Positions 10,881 to 20,156 of a stretch of 64,000 nucleotides of DNA are shown here, one piece after another (within the stretch, counting starts at the first letter, position 1; every line of letters starts with the position of its first letter). The notes beneath the pieces are model-generated. The model was not told the origin of the DNA. It ran no database searches and was given only the letters and a program-made list of their open reading frames with translations. The DNA comes from a virus: the IMG/VR virus record IMGVR_UViG_3300045988_094266; one strand, written 5' to 3'. Position numbers and translations under genes: made by a program.

Positions 10881-11345
10881 TTATTCACCATACTCTCTTA
10901 AAATTTCTTCTGAGGTCATTCTTCCAGTAGCTAATGCATCAGCTAGTTCATTATAAAGCTCTCCGTCATGACCTTTGATTTTTCTTAAATCAATTCTATA
11001 GTCTTTGCTTAACATATCATAGGTCTTAATTAAATCAAGATTTTCTAGCTTTTTACCTCCAGCTCTTGTCCAACCATTAGCTTTCCATCCTTTAATCCAT
11101 GAAGTAAAACTATTTACACAATAAGCGGAATCGCTATAAACAATAGGGGCAAAGAAATCTCCATCTTTAGCTCCATAGTTTTCAAGAGCATAAATTATAG
11201 CAGACATTTCCATTCTATTATTAGTAGTTTTAGGTTCACGCTCTGTATAAGCAGCTATAACAATACCATTATCATCAACTACTATAACCCCAAAACCTCC
11301 TGGACCGGGATTTCCTAAGCAAGAACCATCAGTATATATAGTCAT
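10881..11345 (-). CDS. rnhA: Ribonuclease H (RNase HI)
   Basis: 154 aa. N-terminal MTIYTDGSCLGNPGPGGFG and the downstream D/E residues are typical of RNase H. Confidence 0.8.
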   Translation of the reverse strand: MTIYTDGSCLGNPGPGGFGVIVVDDNGIVIAAYTEREPKTTNNRMEMSAIIYALENYGAKDGDFFAPIVYSDSAYCVNSFTSWIKGWKANGWTRAGGKKLENLDLIKTYDMLSKDYRIDLRKIKGHDGELYNELADALATGRMTSEEILREYGE

Positions 11346-11442
11346 AAATACAAATGCTCCTTTATTTTTATTCTTTTTATTTTCTTAATATATAATATCA
11401 TATATTTTAAGAAAAATCAAACTACAAACAAATAAAGGCTTA

Positions 11443-11475
11443 ATGAGTATTTAACTCATTAAGCCTTTATATTAA
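11443..11475 (-). terminator. Intrinsic terminator hairpin (aaaggcttaatgag / ctcattaagccttt)
   Basis: Inverted repeat after the holin-like gene. Confidence 0.45.
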
Positions 11476-11807
11476 ATAGGACCATCGAGATCAATGGGAA
11501 TATCATTAGAGGCTGAAAAATCTTCTGCGGGGATGTTATATGCAGAATTGAATTCAGTTTCTTTTAAAGCTAGGTCATAAGTAATGCCGCCTTTTTTGTG
11601 ATCTGATTTAGCCATTGCTAAATAAAAAGAACAAACTACTCCGTGGGCGCTCCATGGTAGACCAACAAGAGCACTAATCCATGGAAGGGTTCCTAAATAT
11701 CCCATATAAACACACATAAATGCCAAAAGGATACCTGACACAGTCACGACCCATAATAACATACGAATATCATTTATAAGTTTTTTGGAAAATTCTAATT
11801 TTTTCAT
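11472..11807 (-). CDS. Holin-like membrane protein
   Basis: 111 aa with two TM helices. Sits next to the lysins, and its ATG overlaps the upstream TGA (ATGA). Confidence 0.45.
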   Translation of the reverse strand: MKKLEFSKKLINDIRMLLWVVTVSGILLAFMCVYMGYLGTLPWISALVGLPWSAHGVVCSFYLAMAKSDHKKGGITYDLALKETEFNSAYNIPAEDFSASNDIPIDLDGPI

Positions 11808-13213
11808 TTTAAACCCAGCTTTTCAGCCAATCTTCTTAACATAGTTACAGTTTCTAATCTAGTGCAGAATTTATTTGGCATCATTCTTCCAGCACTGTCT
11901 CCAGCCATAATCCCATTCGCTTTAGCCCATTCAAGATTATCGGTGCCCCAAGTTTCTTTTTCATTAGCTTTATTAGTAAGCCAAGTATTCATAAGTTCAG
12001 CGAATTTCTCGTCAGTCATATCTTCATCATCCTCCTAGATATTTGACATTAAATTATAAACATCTGTTCTTGCGGTTTCCATGCTTTTTCCAAATTTTGG
12101 AAACCAATGGTTTACATCTGCATGATTAGATCCTAATCCTAGCTTGTGACTATCAGCATGACATAAAATAGTCGGAACGGTGATACCATTTAAAGTAGTG
12201 GTTCCCAATGGATTTATGTTATACATTTTACATAAATAAGCAGTAATTTGACAAGCCTCTTCATAAATTTTGTTAAAATAATTTGCATCATTTAATCCAT
12301 CTTCGCAAATTTCAAACTGAATCCATCCATTATTACAAGAACCTTTAGACCCAGAACCGCATCCCCAAGGACGATAATTCCATGGCATTGTCTATACTGT
12401 TGTTACTGTTCCATCAGCCAATTTACCAATCCAACAGTTTAATCCAGCTTGAACAGATATATGATTCCAGTCATTCTTGCTAGTATTTTTTCCTAATTTA
12501 TTTATTAAACTGGTGTAGTTAGGATCATTATCGCTTGGCTATACATATCTTTTTAAATTAGGATTATTTGCACCAGTACTATGCCATAAGATTCCTTTAA
12601 CTTGCATGGTGCGTGTTTGTTTATAGCAAGTGCTATTTGTCATCATACATTGAAGTGGTTTATTGCTATCGCTATATTTCATTTTATTACCTCCTTCAAT
12701 TACATTTGAAATGTTAGCAAATTTATTATAATACTATTGACCATAATTAGCCCTCTTTTGTTGCATAGAAAAACTCTAGTCTGAAGGTCTTTCAAACTAG
12801 AGTAATACCGCGGTAGAGGCTTCTGTGACAGAAGTGGCAGAAATCAAAATTTTAACTAAACTAGAAAAACTTGTAATTAACTCCTAATATAAAAAATCTA
12901 ATTGAGTATTTAAATCTCCAATGGATTTGCCTCGACTTTGACAGAACTAAAGCAAATTTTGTTTTCTACTCCAAAATGTCCATTGAGCCAATCCATATCC
13001 CGCTCCATCTTTTACAAAGTTTTTATACCTTCCATCATCAACTGCGGAGGTATATCCTGCGTCGGTCATTTTTAATTTTTTTTCATAGGTGTTCTATAAG
13101 TTAATAGAATTAAGTCCACTTTCGGCATAAAGATTACCCATTAAACCGGCAATTCCGCAATCACTAAAACCTTTGCCTTTAAAGTATTTCCAAATAATTT
13201 GAGCATTAGTCAT
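11804..13213 (-). CDS. Endolysin: phage-lysozyme-like domain plus Amidase_2 (PGRP-type) domain, with a C-terminal SLH domain reached only by TAG read-through; about 11 in-frame TAG codons
   Basis: One continuous frame when TAG is sense: MTNAQIIWKYFKGKGFSDCGIAGLMGNLYAESG... then ...MKYSDSNKPLQC...GILWHSTGANNP...CHADSHKLGLGSNHADVNHWFP (amidase_2 Zn ligands) ...LMSNI[TAG]RDDED-MTDEKF...EWAKANGIMAGDSAGRMMPNKFCTRLETVTMLRRL (SLH motif), ending in TGA. The SLH part also has its own AGGAGG RBS, so it may be made separately. Confidence 0.5.
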
Positions 13214-13215
13214 TT

Positions 13216-14070
13216 TTATTTTTTTGTAATGAAAGAGCTATATCCAGCAGATTTTAATTTATCTTTTAGTCTTTCTGCATTTAATTTCACAGAGAAAGCA
13301 CCTAATTGAACTTTATAAAAAATTCCTACTTTCTTGACATACCCGCTAAATCCTTTCTCTTCCAATTCCTTTAACATATTCTCTGCATTGGTTTTAGATA
13401 GAAATGCTCCTACTTGAACTCTGTAAAGAACTACCTCTTGTTCTTTCTTAAAATATACACACATTACATTATCAACTGATCTTGCATAAATTTGAGAAGT
13501 TTTTCTTTTCCCATCTATTAGTAATCTAGTAGATCCGCCTCCATCTAAATTAATAGCATATTCTACTTTCAATTCAAGAAAAATTTGCTATAGGGCAGCA
13601 TAAACAAGACCTGGAGAATCTACGGTTACAATATAATAATTATTTTTATTCCATCCAATACAAGTCCTGCGGGCTTTATAATCTAATTCTTTTCCATCTG
13701 TTATAACTACTTTTTTGCTATCTACAATTAATGCAGGATAAGCTGCGATAAAATCTCTAGCGGTTTCATAATCTTTTAATGTTGTATATATAAGTGTTTT
13801 ATTGCCGCTAATTGCAACTCCATGACGAAAATCAGACTAAATAACAGTTCCTTCGTCTTTATAACTAAAGCAGGTGTTGCCATTATTCATGGCAAAGAAA
13901 CCTCCATTAGTAATAATATCTGGTTTAGTAGCCTGTCTTTTATAATAAGCATCTGGAGTTTCCGTCGGTTGATTGCATAAGGCAAAGTCAATTTTTTCAA
14001 TGTCTGTGAAGGGAATTGTTACAATTTGAACATAAGAATAGAGACTATGTTTTTTGATACTATATCCCAT
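13216..14070 (-). CDS. Second cell-wall hydrolase: phosphodiester-glycosidase-like domain plus two SPOR peptidoglycan-binding repeats; two in-frame TAG codons
   Basis: Frame continues through TAGs at ~13837 and ~13588: MGYSIKKHS...NLDGGGSTRLLIDGKRK...YRVQVGAFLSKTNAENMLKELEEKGF...YKVQLGAFSVKLNAERLKDKLKSAGY (SPOR). RBS AAAGGAGAT upstream. Confidence 0.5.
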
Positions 14071-14091
14071 ACTTTATCTCCTTTCAATAAT

Positions 14092-14118
14092 AAAACCCAA
14101 TCTCTAAAGAGATTGGGT
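14092..14118 (-). terminator. Intrinsic terminator hairpin (aacccaatctc / gagattgggtt)
   Basis: Inverted repeat after the PhoH-like gene. Confidence 0.45.
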
Positions 14119-14123
14119 TTAAA

Positions 14124-15380
14124 TCAAATATATTCAGCTATTTGCGCGATTCTAGATCTATAAATATTACGGAGTTCTACTTCACCGTATATATCTTGTC
14201 CTCTATAAACTTTAGAAACTCGTTTCATTCCATTGTTTATGCCAGCAAAATGAATATCATCAACTTGAGTTTTTTCATCGCCGTCAATGATACAAATGCA
14301 ATCCTCTCCAATTCTTTGAAGAGCCAACTTAATAAGTGTACGATCTAAATTCTGAGCTTCAGAAATGTATATACCTGCTCTTGAACCATTGGTATCATAT
14401 CCTCTAATATCCGACATTGGTAGTAAAATTAATTTTTCTTCGCTCATAAGATGTTCTACTCCCGTTCTACCGCCGAATTTAGATATTAGGAGATTGCCGA
14501 TTTGAGAGTCTAATAGTTTTTCATCTCTTGTTCCAGGTAGAAATCCTAATCTTGCACTATTGGCTGTGGCAACGGTATTGCAAAATACAATAATATGATC
14601 AAGTTCGCCTTTTTCTAGCTTAGACATTAAATAGGCTAAGCTAATAAATGTTTTACCAGATCCCGCAGGCCCTTTAATCAAGGTAATTTTATTATTAGAT
14701 AAGCTATCAAAAAGTAATTTTTGGTAAATATCATTTTGATATGGCTTTACTTTTCCAAACCAGTTTGAATTAAAGTCATTATAATTTAGATATCTATGGT
14801 CGTTTCCAGTCCATACTCTCAAATCTACCACTTTATCATCCATATCTCTTATAATGAGATATTCTCCAACATGAAGATTAAAATGATTCAGCTCTGGTTT
14901 TTGATAAAACTCTGTAAGATTCTCATCACTAGCAGAAATTTCTTTATATCCACTATAATTATCAGTTTCTTCTGGAATACTTTCTATCATGTCAGACCCG
15001 AAGAATAGATTTGCAATATGCTTTAGGCTTAAATCATTTGTTACAAAGATGACTTCATCCACTCTTTTATTATTATTATACCAAATTGCATCAGACAGTA
15101 TCCTTGTATCATCCGTTACGTCAAGACACATTTCTTTAATATAGTCTTCAAAATCTGTTTGATGGATTACTACTTCATACATATCAGGGTGCGTTTCAAA
15201 TAAATGTAGCAATAATCTAGCTGAATATTTTATATCTGAATCTTTATTGTTAGCGGTTTTAATTCTTTCCAATTCCTGAAAAGTAATTGATGATACAATA
15301 AATTTTTCATCATTATTGAATAAGCCTTCTCCGCATATCAATAGTGAACAAGTATCATAGAACCGAATATCTTTATTCAT
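14124..15380 (-). CDS. phoH: PIN-domain plus PhoH-like ATPase (YlaK-like)
   Basis: 418 aa. N-terminal PIN-like acidic motif and a PhoH Walker A GPAGSGKTF. Confidence 0.7.
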   Translation of the reverse strand: MNKDIRFYDTCSLLICGEGLFNNDEKFIVSSITFQELERIKTANNKDSDIKYSARLLLHLFETHPDMYEVVIHQTDFEDYIKEMCLDVTDDTRILSDAIWYNNNKRVDEVIFVTNDLSLKHIANLFFGSDMIESIPEETDNYSGYKEISASDENLTEFYQKPELNHFNLHVGEYLIIRDMDDKVVDLRVWTGNDHRYLNYNDFNSNWFGKVKPYQNDIYQKLLFDSLSNNKITLIKGPAGSGKTFISLAYLMSKLEKGELDHIIVFCNTVATANSARLGFLPGTRDEKLLDSQIGNLLISKFGGRTGVEHLMSEEKLILLPMSDIRGYDTNGSRAGIYISEAQNLDRTLIKLALQRIGEDCICIIDGDEKTQVDDIHFAGINNGMKRVSKVYRGQDIYGEVELRNIYRSRIAQIAEYI

Positions 15381-15648
15381 AATTTTCCTCTTCCTCTTCT
15401 GATGTAGTAGTAGTAAATCCTATAACTTTTACACTCTTATTTATAGAGTTATTTAATTTATCTATTTTAGCATTACACTCTACTATTTTTATACTTAATC
15501 TCGCTTTTAAGAGTTCTACAAAGACAGAAATAAGCTCTTTCAAGTCCAAAATGATTGGAATACCCAACGATCCAATAAGAATACCTATAAGTAAATATAA
15601 CAAAATGTACCACCTTCTTCTTTATATATAACAAAAAAAGAAGGAGAT

Positions 15649-16113
15649 TTAATTATTATTGCCCTGACGAAATTTTCTAACTATCGAGAGCGCCTTAGTT
15701 TGATTTTTAATGTAAGTTTTTAAGTTAGTTTCTTCTGTTTTTAATGCTTTTTCAAGTGCGGAAATTCGAGCTGAGCAGCGTCCAATTGCATAATAAAAGT
15801 TTCCAGTAGGGTCAACTTCCGCAGGACTTAATCGCTCATATTTTGTTGCCTCTTGATAATAGTCATATCTATATTGTAATTCTTTGCGAGTTTTTTTCAT
15901 TTCATATTGCATAGCATTTATTCTTGCTTTTGATAAAGCGATAGTTTTACCTACCTTTTCAGAAAAAAAATCTTTATCGCTTTCCGCTAACTTGGCTCGT
16001 CCGCTAAAGATTTTTCCATTATAATTAATTCCAACAATACATATGCCAGATTTTTCATTAACTAGCTATGTAATTGTTGGAGCTTTATATATAGCACTAA
16101 TAACACTCATTAT
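15649..16113 (-). CDS. Hypothetical protein with one in-frame TAG
   Basis: MSVISAIYKAPTIT[TAG]LVNEKSG...INAMQYEMKKTRKEL... runs into the listed 15649..15912 ORF; RBS TAGGAGAAAAC upstream. Confidence 0.4.
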
Positions 16114-16195
16114 TGTTTTCTCCTAATCTTTTAAATCTTTATATTAAAATTATATCATTTATTTATAGAAAAATCCAATTTTAAGGATTTTGAAA

Positions 16196-16250
16196 GAAAA
16201 ATTTAGTGAGCCTGCGCGAACGGAAACTCGGAGCAGAACGAGGCTAGTGG
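16196..16250. repeat. Conserved ~55-nt element, copy 1 (TTTGAAAGAAAAATTTRGTGAGCCTGCGCGAACGGAAACTCGGAGCAGAACGAGG)
   Basis: Near-identical to 43277..43335 (one A/G difference); both copies sit next to a terminator hairpin. Confidence 0.6.
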
Positions 16251-16259
16251 CAAAAGAAA

Positions 16260-16290
16260 ACCCTCCAGGTTAAAAACCTGGAGGGTTAAA
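16260..16290 (-). terminator. Intrinsic terminator (ccctccagg-ttaaaaa-cctggaggg, T-run on the minus strand)
   Basis: Perfect 9-bp inverted repeat 2 nt after the SPFH gene stop. Confidence 0.55.
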
Positions 16291-16291
16291 A

Positions 16292-17188
16292 TTAAGGGGT
16301 AATCAGAATAGAAGAATCTGTTCCTGTCATAGTAGAAGGCATCTGGCCATTCCACTGTTCATACTTAATCTTTTCAATCAACTCGGGAGTAAGAGAAGCA
16401 GCGATTTTGGAGTTAGCTTCTGCTTCCGCCTGGGCAGCAATCTCAAGAGCATCAGCCTCGGCCTGCGCCTTAATCAAAGCCTGCTCAGCCTGAATTTCAG
16501 CAACTTCCTTGTCTTTCTCTGCCTGTACCTTTGCAGTCTGAGCCTCAATGTTTGCAAGCTCAAGCTCCTGCTGAGCATTTACCTTCTTCTGAATAGCCTC
16601 TGCGGTTTCATTGTCGACAGAGATGTCGGTAAAGTTCACGGTATCAATAATAATACCATACTGGTCAAACTTCTCACGAAGGTAGACATCCAACTCAGCA
16701 TTGATCGCAGTACGCTGGTCGCCAAAAATATCGGTTACGGGATAATTAGCAGTTACCTCCTGAGTCCAAGCCACAATCTTAGGCTTAATGAAGGTATCCT
16801 TAATAGTCTCTCCATCTTTACCCTTGAACAAAGTAAATGTCTCTGCTACGCGCGCTTCATCAAAGCGATAAGAGAACTCAAGATTTACCTTTACGGTCTT
16901 ACCATCGCTAGTGGGAACATTAAAGCTCTCATCATTGGGAGAATCTCCACGGTCATCGGAGGTTAGATAAGACTGCTCAAGGCCGATAGAATAAGTTGTC
17001 ACCTTCTTAGTGGGAGAGACAAGATGCCAACCCTGCGTCAGAACCTCTCCATCAACACCGCCGCTCATGTTATAAACAACTCCAACATAGCCTGTCGGCA
17101 CCTTCTCCAAACAAGTAATTGCGGCAATCAAACCAAAAATCAAAACCAAGGCAACAATAACGCCACCAATAATTCCGCTTTTCTTCAT
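16292..17188 (-). CDS. SPFH/band-7 (prohibitin/HflK-like) membrane protein
   Basis: 298 aa with an N-terminal TM helix, an SPFH core and a C-terminal Ala/Glu/Gln-rich coiled coil. GC content is higher than the surrounding sequence. Confidence 0.65.
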   Translation of the reverse strand: MKKSGIIGGVIVALVLIFGLIAAITCLEKVPTGYVGVVYNMSGGVDGEVLTQGWHLVSPTKKVTTYSIGLEQSYLTSDDRGDSPNDESFNVPTSDGKTVKVNLEFSYRFDEARVAETFTLFKGKDGETIKDTFIKPKIVAWTQEVTANYPVTDIFGDQRTAINAELDVYLREKFDQYGIIIDTVNFTDISVDNETAEAIQKKVNAQQELELANIEAQTAKVQAEKDKEVAEIQAEQALIKAQAEADALEIAAQAEAEANSKIAASLTPELIEKIKYEQWNGQMPSTMTGTDSSILITP

Positions 17189-17343
17189 TATTTACTTTCC
17201 TTTCTTTCCTCAAGACCCAAACGCTTTCGGGTTCTATAATAGATTTTAATAAAGAATTTTCCAATCTTCCTAAATGTGAAATTTAGCAAGAACCATATTG
17301 CAACAAGAGCAAGTACAACTAAAATCCAGAAAATAGGATTCAT
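17183..17343 (-). CDS. Small membrane protein preceding the SPFH gene (NfeD-like partner?)
   Basis: MNPIFWILVVLALVAIWFLLNFTFRKIGK...; its stop overlaps the SPFH ATG (TAATG). Confidence 0.3.
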
Positions 17344-17903
17344 AGCATCTCGATACACTCCTTTACCTTCAAGTTCATATCTTCAATGACCTTATCCAAA
17401 GATACTGGATAACAGTCATGAGAATCAACTCCTACATGATACATATAAGGTCTATCTTCAAAGAAATTAGTCTGCTGATGCGTATGACCATATAGATTAA
17501 TGATCATCTGCTTGAGACTTTCTTTCTCAAGATTTCCAGTCAAAGTGGGGAAATGAGACATATAGAAGTGATATTTCCTGTACTTAAGAGCAATAGCCCA
17601 AGCAGTTTCTACCACATTAGGAAGCTCGGCGTACATTTTCTTGCGGCTGTCCGTACAGTGGTTTCCAAAAGTAATGTGGAGTTTTCCATTCATGGAGGAA
17701 ATAAACTCCTTATTTCTCTCAAGACTGTCCGCCCCACCGAGGCAAAGGTCCCCAAGAACATATACATCATCTTCTGGAGTGACAATAGAGTTATGCCTCT
17801 CGATAAGAGCAACATTCATCTCTTCAACAGAATTGAATCCACGAGATTTATAGACAAACTCACGGTCATGCGAGAAGTGCCAATCCGAGGTTACGAAAAT
17901 CAT
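17340..17903 (-). CDS. Calcineurin-type metallophosphoesterase (Pnkp-like phosphatase module)
   Basis: 187 aa with GDLCLGG...GNHC...GHTH motifs. Overlaps the kinase gene (ATGA). Confidence 0.6.
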   Translation of the reverse strand: MIFVTSDWHFSHDREFVYKSRGFNSVEEMNVALIERHNSIVTPEDDVYVLGDLCLGGADSLERNKEFISSMNGKLHITFGNHCTDSRKKMYAELPNVVETAWAIALKYRKYHFYMSHFPTLTGNLEKESLKQMIINLYGHTHQQTNFFEDRPYMYHVGVDSHDCYPVSLDKVIEDMNLKVKECIEML

Positions 17904-18433
17904 TTATCTCCCTCCTCCATGTTATGATGATTGATTTTTACATCCTTAAAGCCATACTTGTAGAGTTTAAATTCTGCGGGAGTGGGAGGTCTAAAACCTC
18001 TAGCCATCTTTCTAATCGCGGAATCGGGTACTTTGGAAAATCCCTTTCTCAAGTTATTGCGGGCTATACAAGTATCAATCCCGCAATCACAAACTTCAAA
18101 ACTAAGTCCAGTCTTCCCGTCCGGCCGCAGCCTTCCTAACAACTTGGCTCTTGATCCTTGAGAGATATGAGTAGCATCAACAAAGATGTAGTCAATCCCA
18201 ATTTCAAGGCACTCGTTAATTTGTCGAACGAACTCTTCAAATACTTCATTTTCTCGCGAGAAATAATCCTTATCTCCAATGAAACTTTCTCTTATCACAT
18301 CGCGAGAAATAATAGCAGTATGAAAGCCATCCATTTCAAGAAGTTCGGCTTCTTTATTAGCCCAAGTTGACTTCCCACTACCAGGGATACCAACCATGAC
18401 TTTTACTTCAATAGTCATACTGCTTTCCTCCAT
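17900..18433 (-). CDS. P-loop polynucleotide kinase (Pnkp-like kinase module)
   Basis: 177 aa with Walker A VGIPGSGKSTWA. Together with the downstream phosphoesterase it resembles the kinase and phosphatase parts of bacterial Pnkp. Confidence 0.5.
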   Translation of the reverse strand: MEESSMTIEVKVMVGIPGSGKSTWANKEAELLEMDGFHTAIISRDVIRESFIGDKDYFSRENEVFEEFVRQINECLEIGIDYIFVDATHISQGSRAKLLGRLRPDGKTGLSFEVCDCGIDTCIARNNLRKGFSKVPDSAIRKMARGFRPPTPAEFKLYKYGFKDVKINHHNMEEGDK

Positions 18434-18446
18434 TCCTCAACTTTCT

Positions 18447-18480
18447 ATATATATTATATTATATTTTTATAATAATTTCA
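18447..18480 (-). promoter_or_regulatory. Example of the recurrent sigma-A-type promoter (TTTGAAA-N17-TGATATAAT followed by ATATATAGAAAGTT and the RBS)
   Basis: Minus strand reads TTTTGAAATTATTATAAAAATATAATATAATATATATAGAAAGTTGAGGAATGGAGG-ATG. The same box occurs about 26 times (see findings). Confidence 0.5.
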
Positions 18481-18496
18481 AAAGATTCTATGCGTC

Positions 18497-19363
18497 TCAA
18501 AATTCGACTGGTTGAATGAGGTCTTCGATATAAAGTCTATCTTCTTCCTTAAAAATAGGAATATTGAGATCGACGAACCAATAATGTTTAAAATGGATTG
18601 AACCATCCTCTCTTTCGGTCTCTTCGCAGTCTTTTATGCAACAAGAACCTCTTTGTAAATAGACGGGCAATTCATTCCAATCTATTCCTTTTTGAGAAAT
18701 AAGCATTTCTAAAATTTCACTACTACATTTACCTTGAAGTTCACTATGAGAAAAATTCGCTTGTCCAACCATTTGAATAGAATTTCTAATAGCATCTAAT
18801 TGGCGCCAATAAATTAGATTTGTTACTTCTTCTTTCGGAATATTGAAAACACGAGCATCAAACATAGCCCCTCTTGCGTTTGCTATCCGTAAAGTTCTCA
18901 TATATTCTTGATGCTCAAGTTGAATTTCTACGCCCTGAGGAGTTAAAGAATTTTTCCAACCAATATCATATCTTTCAATAGCTGAACGAAACACCTTATT
19001 AAAAATCATTGTTGCCATGGACGCTGCTACAGAACACATTTTTTGAACTTCATAATCAAACCATGCGTCGCTATTTAATTTTTTATAGTCAACAAGAATT
19101 AGAGTTATTTCATCGCTTTGAGTATATCCAAGAACACATCCTTGGATATTTTTACATAAATATTTCATTGTTTCTTGCATAGCCGAAGTCAATACCGCAT
19201 CAAATGGTTTTCTAAAACCTTTAGTAAAGGTATGAAATGCTTTTCCATCAATTCTAATTGCTACAGGTGTTCTACGCACAAGTCGAGTTTTTGGAATTTG
19301 CTCATAGAACTCTTTCATGCGAGCGCCTAGCTGGTCATTCATATTATTCATCCTCCTTATCAA
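18497..19363 (-). CDS. Thg1-like protein (tRNA-His guanylyltransferase family, 3'-5' nucleotidyltransferase)
   Basis: 288 aa. N-terminal VAIRIDGKAFHTFTKGF matches the Thg1 signature (RLDGRNFHRF). Confidence 0.6.
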   Translation of the reverse strand: MIRRMNNMNDQLGARMKEFYEQIPKTRLVRRTPVAIRIDGKAFHTFTKGFRKPFDAVLTSAMQETMKYLCKNIQGCVLGYTQSDEITLILVDYKKLNSDAWFDYEVQKMCSVAASMATMIFNKVFRSAIERYDIGWKNSLTPQGVEIQLEHQEYMRTLRIANARGAMFDARVFNIPKEEVTNLIYWRQLDAIRNSIQMVGQANFSHSELQGKCSSEILEMLISQKGIDWNELPVYLQRGSCCIKDCEETEREDGSIHFKHYWFVDLNIPIFKEEDRLYIEDLIQPVEF

Positions 19364-20075
19364 CAGTAAAGATGTGTTCGTCGAAAGTATCCAAATTTAG
19401 AAGAACAGTTTTTCCAGACATATAACTGCAACAGTCAATATCAACTTTATGATTATCACAATACCATAAAGCTCCACCATTATATGAGTAAGAGAATTGT
19501 CTATCTGGCGGTAGAAAATTATTCGCATTATCTAATCTTAGAATTAAGTATTCTGAAATTGGAGTATGGCCATGAACGCAAATTCCTTCACCTTCGGTAG
19601 TATCATAGATATGCTCTCTATCCCATAGCAAATCCTCGTTTGCTGGGAATGGTTCTTTTGCAGGAGTAAAACCCGCATGACAAAGCATAATGGTTATTCC
19701 ATTTTTATTCTTATATTCAAGATATAGGGGCAATTTTCTTAGATAGTGATACCATCCAGACTTAGCTCCATCATTAATCCATCCATTAAAAGTAGAAGCT
19801 CCTCCATTCCAACAGAGAAGATCAAAATGACCTCCTCCATATGTTTCATATTTAATATAATCTTTCATAGCTTTAACAAGCATATCTTCGTGATTACCTT
19901 TAATATAGATAAAACGCGGATCCGACGCGACCGCTTTAATAGTTTCCCAAGACCGCGGACCTCGATCGCCGCAATCTCCTAGACAATAAACTTTATCTTC
20001 TGGCTTTAGAAAGTCACTAATTTTTTGATATAGCTCATACATACCATGAAGATCGCTAACTGCGTATATGCTCAT
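19344..20075 (-). CDS. Metallophosphoesterase (PPP/ApaH-like)
   Basis: 243 aa with DLHG...GDCGDRG...GNHE motifs. Confidence 0.6.
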   Translation of the reverse strand: MSIYAVSDLHGMYELYQKISDFLKPEDKVYCLGDCGDRGPRSWETIKAVASDPRFIYIKGNHEDMLVKAMKDYIKYETYGGGHFDLLCWNGGASTFNGWINDGAKSGWYHYLRKLPLYLEYKNKNGITIMLCHAGFTPAKEPFPANEDLLWDREHIYDTTEGEGICVHGHTPISEYLILRLDNANNFLPPDRQFSYSYNGGALWYCDNHKVDIDCCSYMSGKTVLLNLDTFDEHIFTVDKEDE

Positions 20076-20129
20076 AAATAAAACTCCCTTTCTTATATTA
20101 TATAAATATTATATCATAAATATTATAAA

Positions 20130-20156
20130 AAATAAAGAGAGCTGTAAAGCTCTCTT
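20130..20156 (-). terminator. Intrinsic terminator hairpin (aagagagct-gtaa-agctctctt)
   Basis: Inverted repeat right after the NadE stop. Confidence 0.45.
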
